In this document: piece after piece, positions 29,509 to 41,615 of the stretch
How positions within the stretch are numbered: position 1 is the stretch's first letter
Layout of the letters: the number at the start of each line of letters is the position of its first letter
From: an uncultured Candidatus Binatia bacterium
Lineage (GTDB): Bacteria > Desulfobacterota > Binatia > UBA9968 > JAJDTQ01
Length of the DNA stretch: 64,000 nt
Direction: 5' to 3'
NCBI GenBank assembly: GCA_965215605.1
Contig: OZ244070.1
Coordinates: 2,720,001-2,784,000 of the forward strand
The notes under the pieces: model-generated
The model's input: only the letters and a program-made list of their open reading frames with translations
Told to the model about the DNA's origin: nothing
Databases searched by the model: none
Translations under genes and position numbers: made by a program

Positions 29509-29736
29509 ATGGAGGAGAGAGAGGAACGAATGATTGCCTCTGTCTTGGATCAGGACCCGGAACTGCGCAAATATTATGAAGAACACCTGGAGTACGAGAA
29601 ACGCTTGGTGGACTTGCACGACAAGGGCTATCTGTCACCGGAAGAGGAGATGGAGAAGAAACGCATCCAGAAGCTGAAGCTCGTGGGCAAGGACAGGATC
29701 ATGCAGATTCTCGGCAAGTACAAGTCCACGAGCTAG
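29509..29736 (+). CDS. DUF465/YdcH-like small coiled-coil protein
   Basis: EEHLEYEKRL...LSPEEEMEKKRIQKLKLVGKDRI; AGGAGG RBS. Confidence 0.8.
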   Translation: MEEREERMIASVLDQDPELRKYYEEHLEYEKRLVDLHDKGYLSPEEEMEKKRIQKLKLVGKDRIMQILGKYKSTS

Positions 29737-29763
29737 TGGCGCGGGCCATCGGGGGAGAGAACG

Positions 29764-31539
29764 ATGAAGTTGACCGGGTCGGAAATATTTGTGGAGTCGC
29801 TCAAGCGCGAGGGAGTGAAGACGATCTTCGGCATTCCCGGCGGAGTGGTCCTCAAGCTGTTCGATGTCCTGCACCAACAGAAAGATGTCGAGGTTATCCT
29901 GACCCGGCACGAGCAGGGTGCGATCCACATGGCCGAGGGCTACGGCAAGGCCACGGGCAAGGCGGGTGTGGCGCTGGTGACCTCGGGTCCGGGCATGACC
30001 AACATCGTCACCGGCCTCCAGGACGCCATGATGGACTCGGTCCCGCTGGTGGCATTCACCGGGCAGGTCCCCACCAACCTCATCGGCAACGACGCGTTCC
30101 AGGAAGCCGACAACATCGGCATCAGCCGTCCCTGCACCAAGCACAACGTCCTGGTGAAGGATGTGGCCGACCTCGCGGCCACCATCAAGGAAGCCTTCTA
30201 CATCGCCAACACCGGCCGCCCCGGCCCGGTGCTGGTGGACATCCCCAAGGACGTGAGCACCGAGTCGGCTGAATTCCGCTATCCTGACAAGGTCGACCTG
30301 CGGGGATACCGCCCGACGGTGGCCGGCAACCGCTACCAGATCAAGCAGGCGGCGGGCGAGCTTCTGAAGGCCAAGCGGCCGGTCATCTATGTCGGCGGCG
30401 GGGCGATTTTCTCCGGCGCGGCCAACGAGGTCAAGGAGTTCGCGGAGTTGACGCAGATCCCGGTGACCATGACAGTCATGGGGCTGGGCGCTTTCCCGGG
30501 AACGCATCCGCTGTGCATGGGGATGCTCGGCATGCACGGCACCTACTGCGCCAACATGGCCATGCACGAGGCGGATCTTCTCATCGCCGTGGGCGCGCGC
30601 TTTGACGACCGCGTCACCGGCAAGCTGTCGGAGTTCTCGCCCAGGGCCCGGGTCATCCATATCGACATCGACCCCACTTCCATCAAGAAGAACGTCCATG
30701 CCCACATTCCCATCGTGGGCGACGTGAAGACGGTGTTGCGCGAGCTGGTGGGCGTGCTGAGCTCCATGGACGGCAACCCCGCCAGCGTCAAGGCGCAGCG
30801 GCGGCCGTGGCAGAAGCAGGTGAACGAATGGGCCGCCGCGCATCCGCTGTCCTACCAGCAGGAGGGCAAGAAGGAGACCAAGCCCCAGTACGTCATCGAG
30901 AAGGCGTACGAGATGACGAAGCACAAGGCCATCGTCGTCACCGACGTGGGTCAGCACCAGATGTGGGCGGCCCAGTACTTCAGGGGCGCCACCCAGCGCA
31001 CCTTCCTCACCTCGGGCGGGCTGGGCACCATGGGGTTCGGTTTTCCGGCCGCCATCGGCGCGCAGAAGGCCTATCCCAACAAGACCGTGCTGTGCATCAC
31101 CAGCGAAGGCAGCTTCCAGATGAATCCCCAGGAACTGGCCGTGGCCGCCATCTACAAGCTGCCGGTGAAGATCATCCTGCTCAACAACCAGTTCCACGGC
31201 ATGGTGCGGCAGTGGCAGGACCTGTTCTACGAGGGGCGCTACGCCTCCAGCGACTTGGGCACCACCCCCGACTTCGTGAAGCTGGCGGAAGCCTACGGCA
31301 TCCTCGGGCTTCAGTCGGACGGCCCCTCGGACGTGGAGGCGGTGTTGAAGGAGGGGCTCAAGCACAAGGGTCCGGTGTTGATGAACTTCGCCATCGACCG
31401 GTTCGAGAACTGCTATCCGATGATCCCGGCAGGCGGGGCTCATCACGAGATGGTGCTGGAGGATCCGCCGCACATGAAGACCGTGCGCAAGGGCTCGCGA
31501 AAAAAGGGTGAGGATGCGGACGCCGTCCTGCCGGCGTAG
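29764..31539 (+). CDS. ilvB: Acetolactate synthase large subunit
   Basis: RHEQGA, TSGPG, GNDAFQE, GMLGMHG, TDVGQHQMW, GMVRQWQ. Confidence 0.97.
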   Translation: MKLTGSEIFVESLKREGVKTIFGIPGGVVLKLFDVLHQQKDVEVILTRHEQGAIHMAEGYGKATGKAGVALVTSGPGMTNIVTGLQDAMMDSVPLVAFTGQVPTNLIGNDAFQEADNIGISRPCTKHNVLVKDVADLAATIKEAFYIANTGRPGPVLVDIPKDVSTESAEFRYPDKVDLRGYRPTVAGNRYQIKQAAGELLKAKRPVIYVGGGAIFSGAANEVKEFAELTQIPVTMTVMGLGAFPGTHPLCMGMLGMHGTYCANMAMHEADLLIAVGARFDDRVTGKLSEFSPRARVIHIDIDPTSIKKNVHAHIPIVGDVKTVLRELVGVLSSMDGNPASVKAQRRPWQKQVNEWAAAHPLSYQQEGKKETKPQYVIEKAYEMTKHKAIVVTDVGQHQMWAAQYFRGATQRTFLTSGGLGTMGFGFPAAIGAQKAYPNKTVLCITSEGSFQMNPQELAVAAIYKLPVKIILLNNQFHGMVRQWQDLFYEGRYASSDLGTTPDFVKLAEAYGILGLQSDGPSDVEAVLKEGLKHKGPVLMNFAIDRFENCYPMIPAGGAHHEMVLEDPPHMKTVRKGSRKKGEDADAVLPA

Positions 31540-31550
31540 GGATTTGGCGG

Positions 31551-32030
31551 ATGGAACATATCATTTCGGTTCTGGTTGAGAACAAGGCGGGTGTGCTCGC
31601 ACGGGTGGCCGGCCTGTTCAGCGCGCGGAACTACAACATCGAGAGTCTTTCGGTGGCGCCCAGCCCGGATTCCACCATCTCCATGATCACGATCGTGACC
31701 TCCGGCGAGGAGCTCATCATCGAGCAGATCATGAAGCAGCTCAACAAGGTCATCGAGGTCCTCAAGGTGGTCGACCTGACCGAAGAGGACCACGTCGACC
31801 GTGAAACGGCGCTCATCAAGATCGGGGCCAAGCAGTCGCATCGGGACGAGGCCATTCGAATCGCGCAAATCTTCCGCGCCAACATCGTCGACTCGACGCC
31901 ACAGACCTATACCCTCGAGGTGTCGGGAGATGCCGGCAAGATCCAGGCGGTGATCAATCTGTTGAAGCCCATGGGCATCAAGGAGATCGTCCGCACCGGC
32001 CGGATCGCCATTGCGCGCGAATCCGCGTAA
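31551..32030 (+). CDS. ilvN: Acetolactate synthase small subunit
   Basis: [25 protein letters not shown]. Confidence 0.96.
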   Translation: MEHIISVLVENKAGVLARVAGLFSARNYNIESLSVAPSPDSTISMITIVTSGEELIIEQIMKQLNKVIEVLKVVDLTEEDHVDRETALIKIGAKQSHRDEAIRIAQIFRANIVDSTPQTYTLEVSGDAGKIQAVINLLKPMGIKEIVRTGRIAIARESA

Positions 32031-32091
32031 CCCGATCCGGTGGGCTGCGCCGGACTTCCGGACCGACACCACGAAGACAGGGAGGTTCATC

Positions 32092-33108
32092 ATGCAGGTC
32101 TACTATGACCAGGACGCGGATCTGAGCCGGATACGCGACCGCAAGGTCACGGTGCTCGGTTATGGCAGCCAGGGGCACGCGCATGCCAGCAATCTGCGCG
32201 ACTCGGGCGTGGACGTGGTGGTGGGGCTGAGGCGCGACAGCGCGTCCTGGGCCAAGGCGGCGGATGCCGGCCTGACGGTGATGGAGACGGCCGAGGCCGC
32301 CGAAGCGGGCGACGTGGTCATGGTCCTGCTGCCCGACGAGCTTCAGGGCGACGTCTACCGGGACGTCATCCGGCCCGGCCTCAAGCCGGGCAACTACCTG
32401 GCCTTCGGGCACGGTTTCAACATCCATTTCAAGCGCGTGGTGCCTCCCGAGGACGTCAACGTCTTCATGGTGGCGCCCAAGGGGCCGGGCCATCTGGTGC
32501 GGAGCGAGTTCGAGCGGGGCAGGGGAGTGCCGTGCCTGCTGGCGGTCGAGCAGGATCCCACCGGGGACACCACGTCGGTGGGCCTGGCCTATGCCGCCGC
32601 CATCGGCGGCGCCCGCGCCGCGGTCATCGAGACCAGCTTCAAGGACGAGACGGAAACGGATCTGTTCGGCGAGCAGACGGTGCTGTGCGGCGGCCTCACC
32701 TCGCTCATCCAGGCGGGCTACGAAACCCTGGTGGAGGCGGGCTATCCGCCGGAGATGGCCTATTTCGAGTGCTGTCACGAGGTCAAGCTGATCGTCGACC
32801 TGATCTACGAGGGCGGCTTGGCCAACATGCGGTACTCGGTGAGCAACACCGCGGAATACGGCGACCTTACCCGCGGCAGCCGCATCGTGGACGACGGCAC
32901 GCGCAAGGTCATGAAGGAGATCCTGGCGGACATCCAGTCCGGAAAGTTCGCCGACGAGTGGATGAACGAGCACCGTGCCGGCTCCCCGCGCTTCAACGAG
33001 TTGCGCCAGTCCTCCCGGAGCCACCCCATCGAGAAGGTGGGCGAGCAGCTCCGGTCCATGATGCCGTGGCTGGCCGAGAACCGGCTGGTGGACAAGAGCA
33101 AGAACTGA
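32092..33108 (+). CDS. ilvC: Ketol-acid reductoisomerase
   Basis: [28 protein letters not shown]. Confidence 0.98.
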   Translation: MQVYYDQDADLSRIRDRKVTVLGYGSQGHAHASNLRDSGVDVVVGLRRDSASWAKAADAGLTVMETAEAAEAGDVVMVLLPDELQGDVYRDVIRPGLKPGNYLAFGHGFNIHFKRVVPPEDVNVFMVAPKGPGHLVRSEFERGRGVPCLLAVEQDPTGDTTSVGLAYAAAIGGARAAVIETSFKDETETDLFGEQTVLCGGLTSLIQAGYETLVEAGYPPEMAYFECCHEVKLIVDLIYEGGLANMRYSVSNTAEYGDLTRGSRIVDDGTRKVMKEILADIQSGKFADEWMNEHRAGSPRFNELRQSSRSHPIEKVGEQLRSMMPWLAENRLVDKSKN

Positions 33109-33149
33109 CGCGGGCTGCCACCGGATACAAGGACAAGGGAGACACTCCC

Positions 33150-33761
33150 ATCGGCATCGCAAGAGAAGGCTACCGGTTCGTGTTTGCCGCGCTGGGGCTG
33201 GCGGCCGCGGCGCTGGCCGTGGGCTGGCTGGCCGCGGGTGCGGCGCTGGCGGCCGTCGCCGTGGCGGTGGCGGCGTTCTTCCGCGATCCGGAACGGGTGG
33301 CGCCCGACGGCGAAGGGATCGTCGTGTCGCCGGCGGACGGCAAGGTCGTGGACGTCGGCGAGTCCTCGGAGGCCGGGGACCGCAGGCTCAGCATCTTCCT
33401 GTCGCCTCTGGACGTGCACATCAACCGGGCGCCCATGAACGGGCGAGTGACGGATGTCCGCTATCGGACGGGGCACTTCCTGGCAGCCTACAAAGGCAAG
33501 GCGTCCGACGAGAACGAACGCAACGCCGTCGAACTGGTGGATGACTCCGGAAGGACGCTCCGTATCGTCCAGATCGCCGGCTTCCTCGCGCGCCGGATCG
33601 TCTGCTACGTGGGCCGTGGTGATTCGTTGAAACGGGGCGAGCGTTTTGGCTTGATCATGTTCGGTTCCCGGGTGGACCTCCATCTCCCGGGGAACGCCGC
33701 CGTCGAGGTCCACGCGGGCCAGCGGGTCCGCGGCGGCGAAACCATCGTGGCCAGACTCTGA
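33150..33761 (+). CDS. psd: Phosphatidylserine decarboxylase proenzyme (start uncertain, possibly ATC)
   Basis: IAREG, FFRDPER, SPADG, DVHINRAP, NERN, FGSRVD self-cleavage motif. Confidence 0.9.
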   Translation: MGIAREGYRFVFAALGLAAAALAVGWLAAGAALAAVAVAVAAFFRDPERVAPDGEGIVVSPADGKVVDVGESSEAGDRRLSIFLSPLDVHINRAPMNGRVTDVRYRTGHFLAAYKGKASDENERNAVELVDDSGRTLRIVQIAGFLARRIVCYVGRGDSLKRGERFGLIMFGSRVDLHLPGNAAVEVHAGQRVRGGETIVARL

Positions 33762-33775
33762 CCGCCGAGAGTTTC

Positions 33776-34609
33776 ATGGAACGCTCCGAGAAGGGCGACG
33801 CGCCGTTCAAGAAGGTCCGCCTGATTCCTCCGGGGAAGATGCGGCGGCGCATGAGGCGGCGGAATCCGTCCAACCGGATTCGCCGGGGCATGTACCTCCT
33901 GCCCAGTCTTATCACCGCGGGCAATCTCTTGTGCGGCGTGTTCGCGATCTTCGTGGCCTTGAACGGCGAGTACCACCTGGCGGCCATGTTGATCGTGGCC
34001 GCACACCTGCTGGATGGGATCGACGGCGCCGTGGCGCGGCTGACCCACACCACCAGCCAGTTCGGCGTCGAGTTCGATTCTCTGGCCGACGTGGTGTCCT
34101 TCGGCGTGGCCCCGGCGGTGCTGGTCTACGTGTTCGCGCTGGCCCCCTGGGGGACCTGGGGCGGCCTCGGCACTGCGCTGTTCGCGGTTTGCGGCGCGCT
34201 GCGGCTGGCACGCTTCAACGTCCAGACCCTGACCGCGGAAAAGAGCTACTTCACCGGATTGCCGATCCCCGCGGCCGCCGGCATGATCGCGGCCACCCTC
34301 TTCATGTACCTGATGCTGGGGCTCGAGGACACGGGCAGCAAGCCGGTGGTCTTCACCGTCATCGCCTGTGTCCTGGCCGGCCTCATGGTAAGCAACTTCC
34401 GCTATTTCAGCCTGAAACAGCACCACTTCAAGAAGCGCAGCACCGTTTGGCTGTTGCTTTCCGCGCTGGCAGTCATTATACTGACCATCGCTATGTGGCA
34501 GATCGTGTTGTTCTCGGCGTTATTAGCCTACACCCTATCGGGCCCCCTGTTGGGGCTGCTCGCCGTGCGGAAGCGACGGAGGGACGCACAGGCACTCTTA
34601 CAAGCCTGA
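33776..34609 (+). CDS. pssA: CDP-diacylglycerol--serine O-phosphatidyltransferase
   Basis: DGIDGAVAR...FGVEFDSLADVVSFGVAP, LRLARFN, FTGLPIP. Confidence 0.95.
   Translation: MERSEKGDAPFKKVRLIPPGKMRRRMRRRNPSNRIRRGMYLLPSLITAGNLLCGVFAIFVALNGEYHLAAMLIVAAHLLDGIDGAVARLTHTTSQFGVEFDSLADVVSFGVAPAVLVYVFALAPWGTWGGLGTALFAVCGALRLARFNVQTLTAEKSYFTGLPIPAAAGMIAATLFMYLMLGLEDTGSKPVVFTVIACVLAGLMVSNFRYFSLKQHHFKKRSTVWLLLSALAVIILTIAMWQIVLFSALLAYTLSGPLLGLLAVRKRRRDAQALLQA
34454..34482 (+). promoter_or_regulatory. Putative internal sigma70 promoter for leuA, inside pssA
   Basis: TTGCTT-N17-TATACT. Confidence 0.45.
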
Positions 34610-34637
34610 ACGAAACGAACCTCAGCTTGCATGATCC

Positions 34638-34673
34638 AAACTCCCGCCGGGCATTCCGCGGGAGTTTTTTTTT
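34638..34673 (+). terminator. Intrinsic terminator or attenuator directly upstream of leuA
   Basis: AAACTCCCGC/GCGGGAGTTT stem with a run of 9 T, immediately before GAGGAGG. Confidence 0.75.
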
Positions 34674-34686
34674 GAGGAGGGAGAAC

Positions 34687-36239
<1,553 letters not shown>

Positions 36240-36243
<4 letters not shown>

Positions 36244-37334
36244 GTCACAAGATCACGGTGCTTCCGGGCGACGGCATCGGCCCGGAAGTGGTGGCCGAAG
36301 CCATGGCCGTGCTGGCGCAGGCCGGCGACATCTTCGGCTTCAGCATCGAAGCGGAGGAGGGGCTGGTGGGCGGCGCGTCCATCGATGCCCACGGCAAGCC
36401 CCTCACCGACGAGGTCCTGGCCATGACCAAGTCCAGCGACGCGGTGGTGCTGGGAGCCATGGGCGGACCCAAGTGGGACGGCCTCGACTACTCCATCCGT
36501 CCCGAGCGAGCCTTGCTGGCGTTGCGCCAGGAGCTCGGGCTGTTCGCCAACCTGCGTCCGGTCAAGCTGTTCGCGCCGTTGGCGCAGGCCTCCACCCTCA
36601 AGCCCGAGGTGGTGGAAGGCACGGACCTCATCGTTGTACGGGAGTTGACCGGGGGCATCTACTTCGGGCAGCCCAAGGGCGTCACGGCGGAACCGGACGG
36701 CACCGAGCGGGGCGTCAACACCCTGGTCTACACCACGCCGGAGATCGAGCGCATCGCCCGGGTGGCCTTCGAGGCCGCCCGCAGACGCCGCGGCCGGGTG
36801 ACCTCGGTGGACAAGGCCAACGTGCTGGAGTCGACGGAACTGTGGCGCAAGGTCGTGACCCGGATCCGCGACGACGAAGGCTACGGCGACATCGAGCTCG
36901 ACCACGTGCTGGTGGACAACTGCGCCATGCAGCTCATCCGGGACCCCAGGCAGTTCGACGTGATCGTCACCACCAACATGTTCGGAGACATCCTGAGCGA
37001 CGAAGCGGCGATGCTCACCGGTTCCATCGGCATGTTGCCGTCCGCGAGCCTTGGCGGCAAGGTGGGCATGTACGAACCGGTGCACGGCAGCGCTCCGGAC
37101 ATCACCGGGCAGGACAAGGCCAACCCCCTCGCCACCATCCTCACGGTGGCGCTCATGCTGCGCCACTCCTTTGACCAGGGGGCCGCCGCGGACTGCATCG
37201 AACAGGCGGTGGAGCAGGTGCTGGAGGCCGGTTACCGCACCCCGGACATCGCCGACGGAAAGGGCTCGCTGGTGGGCTGCAAGGAAATGGGCGCCCTGGT
37301 GCGGCAGGAAATCGCGGCCGGCCGCGCGGCGTGA
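36240..37334 (+). CDS. leuB: 3-isopropylmalate dehydrogenase
   Basis: [37 protein letters not shown]. Confidence 0.97.
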
Positions 37335-37341
37335 CACGACG

Positions 37342-38367
37342 ATGACGGGCAAAGAGAAATACAACGTCGCCGTGGTGGGAGCCACCGGGGCGGTGGGCGA
37401 GGAGTTGCGGAAGATTCTCGAGGAGCGCCTGTTCCCCGTGGGCACCCTGCGGTTGCTGGCCTCCGAGCGCTCCGCCGGCCAGCGCCTCGGTTTCTCCGGC
37501 CGGCAGATCCCGGTGGATGTGCTGGACGAGGATTCCTTCGAGGACATCGACATCGCATTGTTCTCGGCGGGGGGTTCGGTGAGCGCCAAGTACGCCCAGG
37601 CGGCGGTGGACGCCGGCGCCGTGGTCATCGACAACACCAGTTTTTTCCGGATGGACGAAGACGTCCCGCTGGTGGTGCCGGAGGTCAACGCGGACAAGAT
37701 CGCCGACCACGTCAACCGGGGCATCATCGCCAACCCCAACTGCTCCACCATCCAGATGGTGGTGGCGTTGAAGCCGCTGTACGACGCCGCGGGCATCAGC
37801 CGCATCGTGGTATCCACCTATCAGTCGGTTTCCGGGGCCGGCCGGCGGGCCATGGAGGAGCTCGGCAAGCAGACCGCGGCGCTGTTCAACGGCCAGGACG
37901 TCGAGTGCGAGCAGTTCCCGCACCAGATCGCGTTCAACTGCATCCCCCACATCGACACGTTTCTCTCAGACGGTTACACCAAGGAAGAGTGGAAGATGAT
38001 CCAGGAGACGCGCAAGATCCTGGACGACCCGGAGATCCGCATCACCGCCACCGCGGTGCGCGTGCCGGTGTTCTGCAGTCATTCGGAATCCATCAACGTC
38101 GAGACCCGCAGCAAGCTCTCGGCGGGCGAGGTCCGCGCCATCCTCAAGGAGGCGCCCGGCGTGCTGCTCCAGGACGACCCCGAGGGCAATGGCTATCCGC
38201 TCGCCACCGAGGCGGCCGGCACGGACGCCACCTGCGTGGGGCGCGTCCGCGAGGACGATTCGGTGGAGAACGGCATCCACCTGTGGGTCGTGGCCGACAA
38301 CCTGCGCAAGGGCGCGGCCCTGAACGCCGTGCAGATCGCCGAGATCCTGATCCGGGACCACCACTGA
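37342..38367 (+). CDS. asd: Aspartate-semialdehyde dehydrogenase
   Basis: GATGAVG, IANPNCST, YQSVSGAG, DNLRKGAALN. Confidence 0.97.
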   Translation: MTGKEKYNVAVVGATGAVGEELRKILEERLFPVGTLRLLASERSAGQRLGFSGRQIPVDVLDEDSFEDIDIALFSAGGSVSAKYAQAAVDAGAVVIDNTSFFRMDEDVPLVVPEVNADKIADHVNRGIIANPNCSTIQMVVALKPLYDAAGISRIVVSTYQSVSGAGRRAMEELGKQTAALFNGQDVECEQFPHQIAFNCIPHIDTFLSDGYTKEEWKMIQETRKILDDPEIRITATAVRVPVFCSHSESINVETRSKLSAGEVRAILKEAPGVLLQDDPEGNGYPLATEAAGTDATCVGRVREDDSVENGIHLWVVADNLRKGAALNAVQIAEILIRDHH

Positions 38368-38473
38368 CACTTCCGCCGAGGAAAGCATTCGCCTCCACCA
38401 TCCCGTCCGTTCCCGAAACCCGTGGACCGTCCGCTCCCGCGCCGACCCCCTGGCCGCTCCTCAGGAAACCTGC

Positions 38474-39241
38474 ATGAACGTGCGACTGACCCTCGAATAC
38501 GACGGCACCGAATACCAGGGCTGGCAGGTCCAGTCCGGCGGGCCGACCGTTCAAGGCGTCCTGGAGGAGGCTCTTGCCGTGCTGCTGAAGCGCAAGGTGC
38601 GCGTACGAGGTTCCGGACGGACCGATGCGGGCGTTCATGCGCTGGGCCAAGTGGCGGATTTCACGTGTCCCGACGCCCGCGACCTCACCGGGCTCCAGCG
38701 GAGCCTCAATGCCCTCACCCCCGACGACATCACGGTGAAGGCCGTCGAGGAGGCGGCCCCATCCTTCGACGCGAGAAGGGATGCGACGAATCGGGTCTAC
38801 GAGTACCGGCTCTGGAACCACCCTTGGCGGTCGGTCTTCAACGATCGCTACTCTTGGCATGTCCGGAGGCCGTTGCGCGTCGACGCCATGGCCGGGGCCT
38901 TGGCTGCTCTCGAAGGGGAGCACGACTTCTCGTCCTTCCGCGCCGCCGGCTGCGGCGCCGTCACTGCGACCCGGCGGATCTACCGCAACGGACTGTACCG
39001 TTGGGAGGATCACTGGGTCTATCGTATCGAGGCCACCGGTTACCTCCGCCACATGGTGCGGAACATCGTGGGCACCCTGGTGCAGATCGGGCTGAACGAG
39101 AGGGATGCCGGCGATCTGCCGGTATTGATGGACAGCCGTGACCGTAGGCTGGCCGGCCCCACCGCGCCCGCACGGGGCCTCTTCCTGGTGGAGGTCTCCT
39201 ATGGTCCGTCCCCATCCCTCCGCCGGGATTCCACCCCGTAA
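38474..39241 (+). CDS. truA: tRNA pseudouridine(38-40) synthase
   Basis: YDGTEYQGWQ, SGRTDAGVHA, HMVRNIVG. Confidence 0.96.
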   Translation: MNVRLTLEYDGTEYQGWQVQSGGPTVQGVLEEALAVLLKRKVRVRGSGRTDAGVHALGQVADFTCPDARDLTGLQRSLNALTPDDITVKAVEEAAPSFDARRDATNRVYEYRLWNHPWRSVFNDRYSWHVRRPLRVDAMAGALAALEGEHDFSSFRAAGCGAVTATRRIYRNGLYRWEDHWVYRIEATGYLRHMVRNIVGTLVQIGLNERDAGDLPVLMDSRDRRLAGPTAPARGLFLVEVSYGPSPSLRRDSTP

Positions 39242-39293
39242 GCGATCCGCGCCCGGAATGACGAATCCAGGCCGCACGACCACCCGTCAGCCG

Positions 39294-39365
39294 GCCATCC
39301 CGGTCAAGCCCCCGGGACGACCTTGGGTCCGCCCTCCGGCGTCCCGGGGGCTTGACCGGGATGGC
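39294..39365. repeat. Perfect 26-bp inverted repeat (REP-like doublet)
   Basis: GCCATCCCGGTCAAGCCCCCGGGACG at 39294-39319 and its reverse complement at 39340-39365. Confidence 0.85.
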
Positions 39366-39466
39366 TTTGCGGATGCCCGGAACGACGGACCGGACACCTG
39401 CGGCCCTTCGGTATTCGTTTCACGAGACTCCGCGTTCACCGTGCCTGCCGCCTGCTTCGCTTGAGC

Positions 39467-39495
39467 TTGAATTAGCACCGGCTGATGGCTATAAC
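39467..39495 (+). promoter_or_regulatory. Putative sigma70 promoter for leuCD
   Basis: TTGAAT-N17-TATAAC. Confidence 0.5.
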
Positions 39496-39520
39496 TTTCC
39501 GCCAAGGAGAAAACTGATCC

Positions 39521-40918
39521 ATGTCGGAACGTACACTTTATGACAAGGTCTGGGATGCCCATGCGGTGACGACGCTGCCCACCGGACAAACCCAGCTCTT
39601 CATCGGATTGCACTTGGTTCACGAAGTCACCACCCCGCAGGCGTTCGACATGATGCGGGAGCGGGGGCTTTCCATCGCCTATCCGCAACGGACTTTCGCC
39701 ACCGCCGATCACATCATACCCACCGATACCCAGGTCCGGCCCTTTGCCGACGAGCAGGCCGAGGCGATGATGGCGGCGCTGGAACGGAACGTCCGTGACT
39801 TCGATATCGAGTTCTACGGCCTGGGAAGCGACCGGCAGGGCATCGTCCATGTCATCGGCCCCCAACTCGGTCTGACCCAGCCGGGAATGACCTTGGCCTG
39901 CGGCGACAGCCACACCAGCACCCACGGCGCCTTCGGGACCCTGGCCTTCGGCATCGGCACCAGCCAGGTCCGTGATGTGCTGGCCACCCAGACCCTGTCC
40001 ATGGACCGGCTCAACGTGCGGCGCATCAACGTCAACGGCAGCCTCCCCCTCGGGGTGCACGCCAAGGACGTGATCCTGACCATCATCCGTACGCTCGGGG
40101 TCGGCGGCGGCAAGGGCTTCGCGTACGAGTACGGCGGCGCGGTGCTGGATGCCATGAACATGGACGAGCGCATGACCGTGTGCAATATGAGCATCGAGGG
40201 CGGGGCGCTGGTGGGTTACGTGAACCCCGACAGCACCACCTTCGACTACCTGCTGGGACGGCCTTTCGCGCCCAAGGGCGAAGCCTTCGACCGCGCCATG
40301 GCGTACTGGCGCGCCATGGCGTCGGATCCCGACGCCCGCTATGACGACGTGGTGGAGATCGACGGCTCGGCCATCGAGCCGACGGTCACTTGGGGCATCA
40401 ATCCCGGGCAGGCGGTGGGCGTGCTCGAAAACCTGCCTCGGCCCGAGGAACTGCAGGACCCCAAGACGGTCGAGAAGGCCTACCAGCACATGGGTTGGGA
40501 ACCGGGCGCGCCGATTCTCGGAACTCCCATCGATGTGGCGTTCATCGGTTCCTGCACCAACTCCCGGTTGTCGGACCTGGTGGCCGCGGCGCGCGTCGCC
40601 AAGGGGAGGCTGGTATCCTCAGACGTGCGGGCGCTGGTGGTGCCGGGCTCGGTAGAAGTGAAGAAACAGGCGGAGGCGGCCGGGCTCGACCGCGTCTTCA
40701 CCGAGGCGGGCTTTCAATGGCGGGAGGCCGGCTGCTCCATGTGTCTGGCCATGAATCCCGACAAGCTCGACGGCCGCGAGGTGTGCGCCTCCTCGTCGAA
40801 CCGCAACTTCATCGGCCGCCAGGGGAGCCCGGGCGGGCGGACGCTGTTGATGAGTCCCGCCATGGTGGCGGCGGCCGCCTTGAACGGCAAGGTCGTGGAC
40901 GTGCGCGAGTACAACTGA
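39521..40918 (+). CDS. leuC: 3-isopropylmalate dehydratase large subunit
   Basis: [43 protein letters not shown]. Confidence 0.97.
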   Translation: MSERTLYDKVWDAHAVTTLPTGQTQLFIGLHLVHEVTTPQAFDMMRERGLSIAYPQRTFATADHIIPTDTQVRPFADEQAEAMMAALERNVRDFDIEFYGLGSDRQGIVHVIGPQLGLTQPGMTLACGDSHTSTHGAFGTLAFGIGTSQVRDVLATQTLSMDRLNVRRINVNGSLPLGVHAKDVILTIIRTLGVGGGKGFAYEYGGAVLDAMNMDERMTVCNMSIEGGALVGYVNPDSTTFDYLLGRPFAPKGEAFDRAMAYWRAMASDPDARYDDVVEIDGSAIEPTVTWGINPGQAVGVLENLPRPEELQDPKTVEKAYQHMGWEPGAPILGTPIDVAFIGSCTNSRLSDLVAAARVAKGRLVSSDVRALVVPGSVEVKKQAEAAGLDRVFTEAGFQWREAGCSMCLAMNPDKLDGREVCASSSNRNFIGRQGSPGGRTLLMSPAMVAAAALNGKVVDVREYN

Positions 40919-40929
40919 TCGGGAGTCCC

Positions 40930-41550
40930 ATGAGCGAGATCAAGCAGGTAGGCGGCAGGGCGGTGGTGGTCCGTGGCCACGATATCGATACCGATCGGAT
41001 CGTGCCGGCCCGCTACCTCAAGGAGATCACCTTCAGCCGGATGGGTGAATACCCGTTCATCGACGAACGGCACGACGCCGACGGTAACACGGTGAAGCAC
41101 CCGTTCAACGAGGCCCGCTTCCAGGGCGCCGAGATACTGGTGGTCAACCGCAACTTCGGCTGCGGGTCGTCACGGGAGCACGCGCCGCAGGCGCTGTACC
41201 GCTGGGGGATCCGCGCCGTCGTCGGCGAATCCTTCGGCCCCATTTTCGCCGGCAGCAGCGTGCTGCTGGGCATGCCCACGGTGATGGCTTCGCCGGAGGA
41301 TGTCGGGCGGCTCATGACACTGGTGGAGTCCGATCCCCAGGTGGAATTGACGGTGGACCTTGAGGCCCGCAAGGTCCGCCTGCCGGACGGCAGCGACATC
41401 GACATCGACATCAGCGAAGGGCACCGCAACGCCCTGACCACCGGCACGTGGGACTCCACGGCCCTCCTGCTCGGCAACATGGATGAGGTGGCCCGGACCT
41501 CCGAGAAGCTGCCCTACACCAAGAACTTCGAGGGGCCGGCGCCGCTGTAG
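40930..41550 (+). CDS. leuD: 3-isopropylmalate dehydratase small subunit
   Basis: DIDTDRIVPA, NFGCGSSREHAP. Confidence 0.96.
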   Translation: MSEIKQVGGRAVVVRGHDIDTDRIVPARYLKEITFSRMGEYPFIDERHDADGNTVKHPFNEARFQGAEILVVNRNFGCGSSREHAPQALYRWGIRAVVGESFGPIFAGSSVLLGMPTVMASPEDVGRLMTLVESDPQVELTVDLEARKVRLPDGSDIDIDISEGHRNALTTGTWDSTALLLGNMDEVARTSEKLPYTKNFEGPAPL

Positions 41551-41588
41551 CGTGCTGTGCCGGTCCCGGCGCCTCCCACCCCACCCCC

Positions 41589-41615
41589 TGGACCCGGGTC
41601 AAGCCCGGGGTGACG
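41589..41615. repeat. REP-like palindrome CCCGGGTCAAGCCCGGG overlapping the LLM gene stop
   Basis: Same core at 55741-55760; related to 39294-39365. Confidence 0.65.

Noticed and set aside
33105-34609. psd-pssA inside the ilv-leu operon as a novelty
   Set aside because: I recall this order from Deltaproteobacteria-like genomes, so it is not unusual in itself
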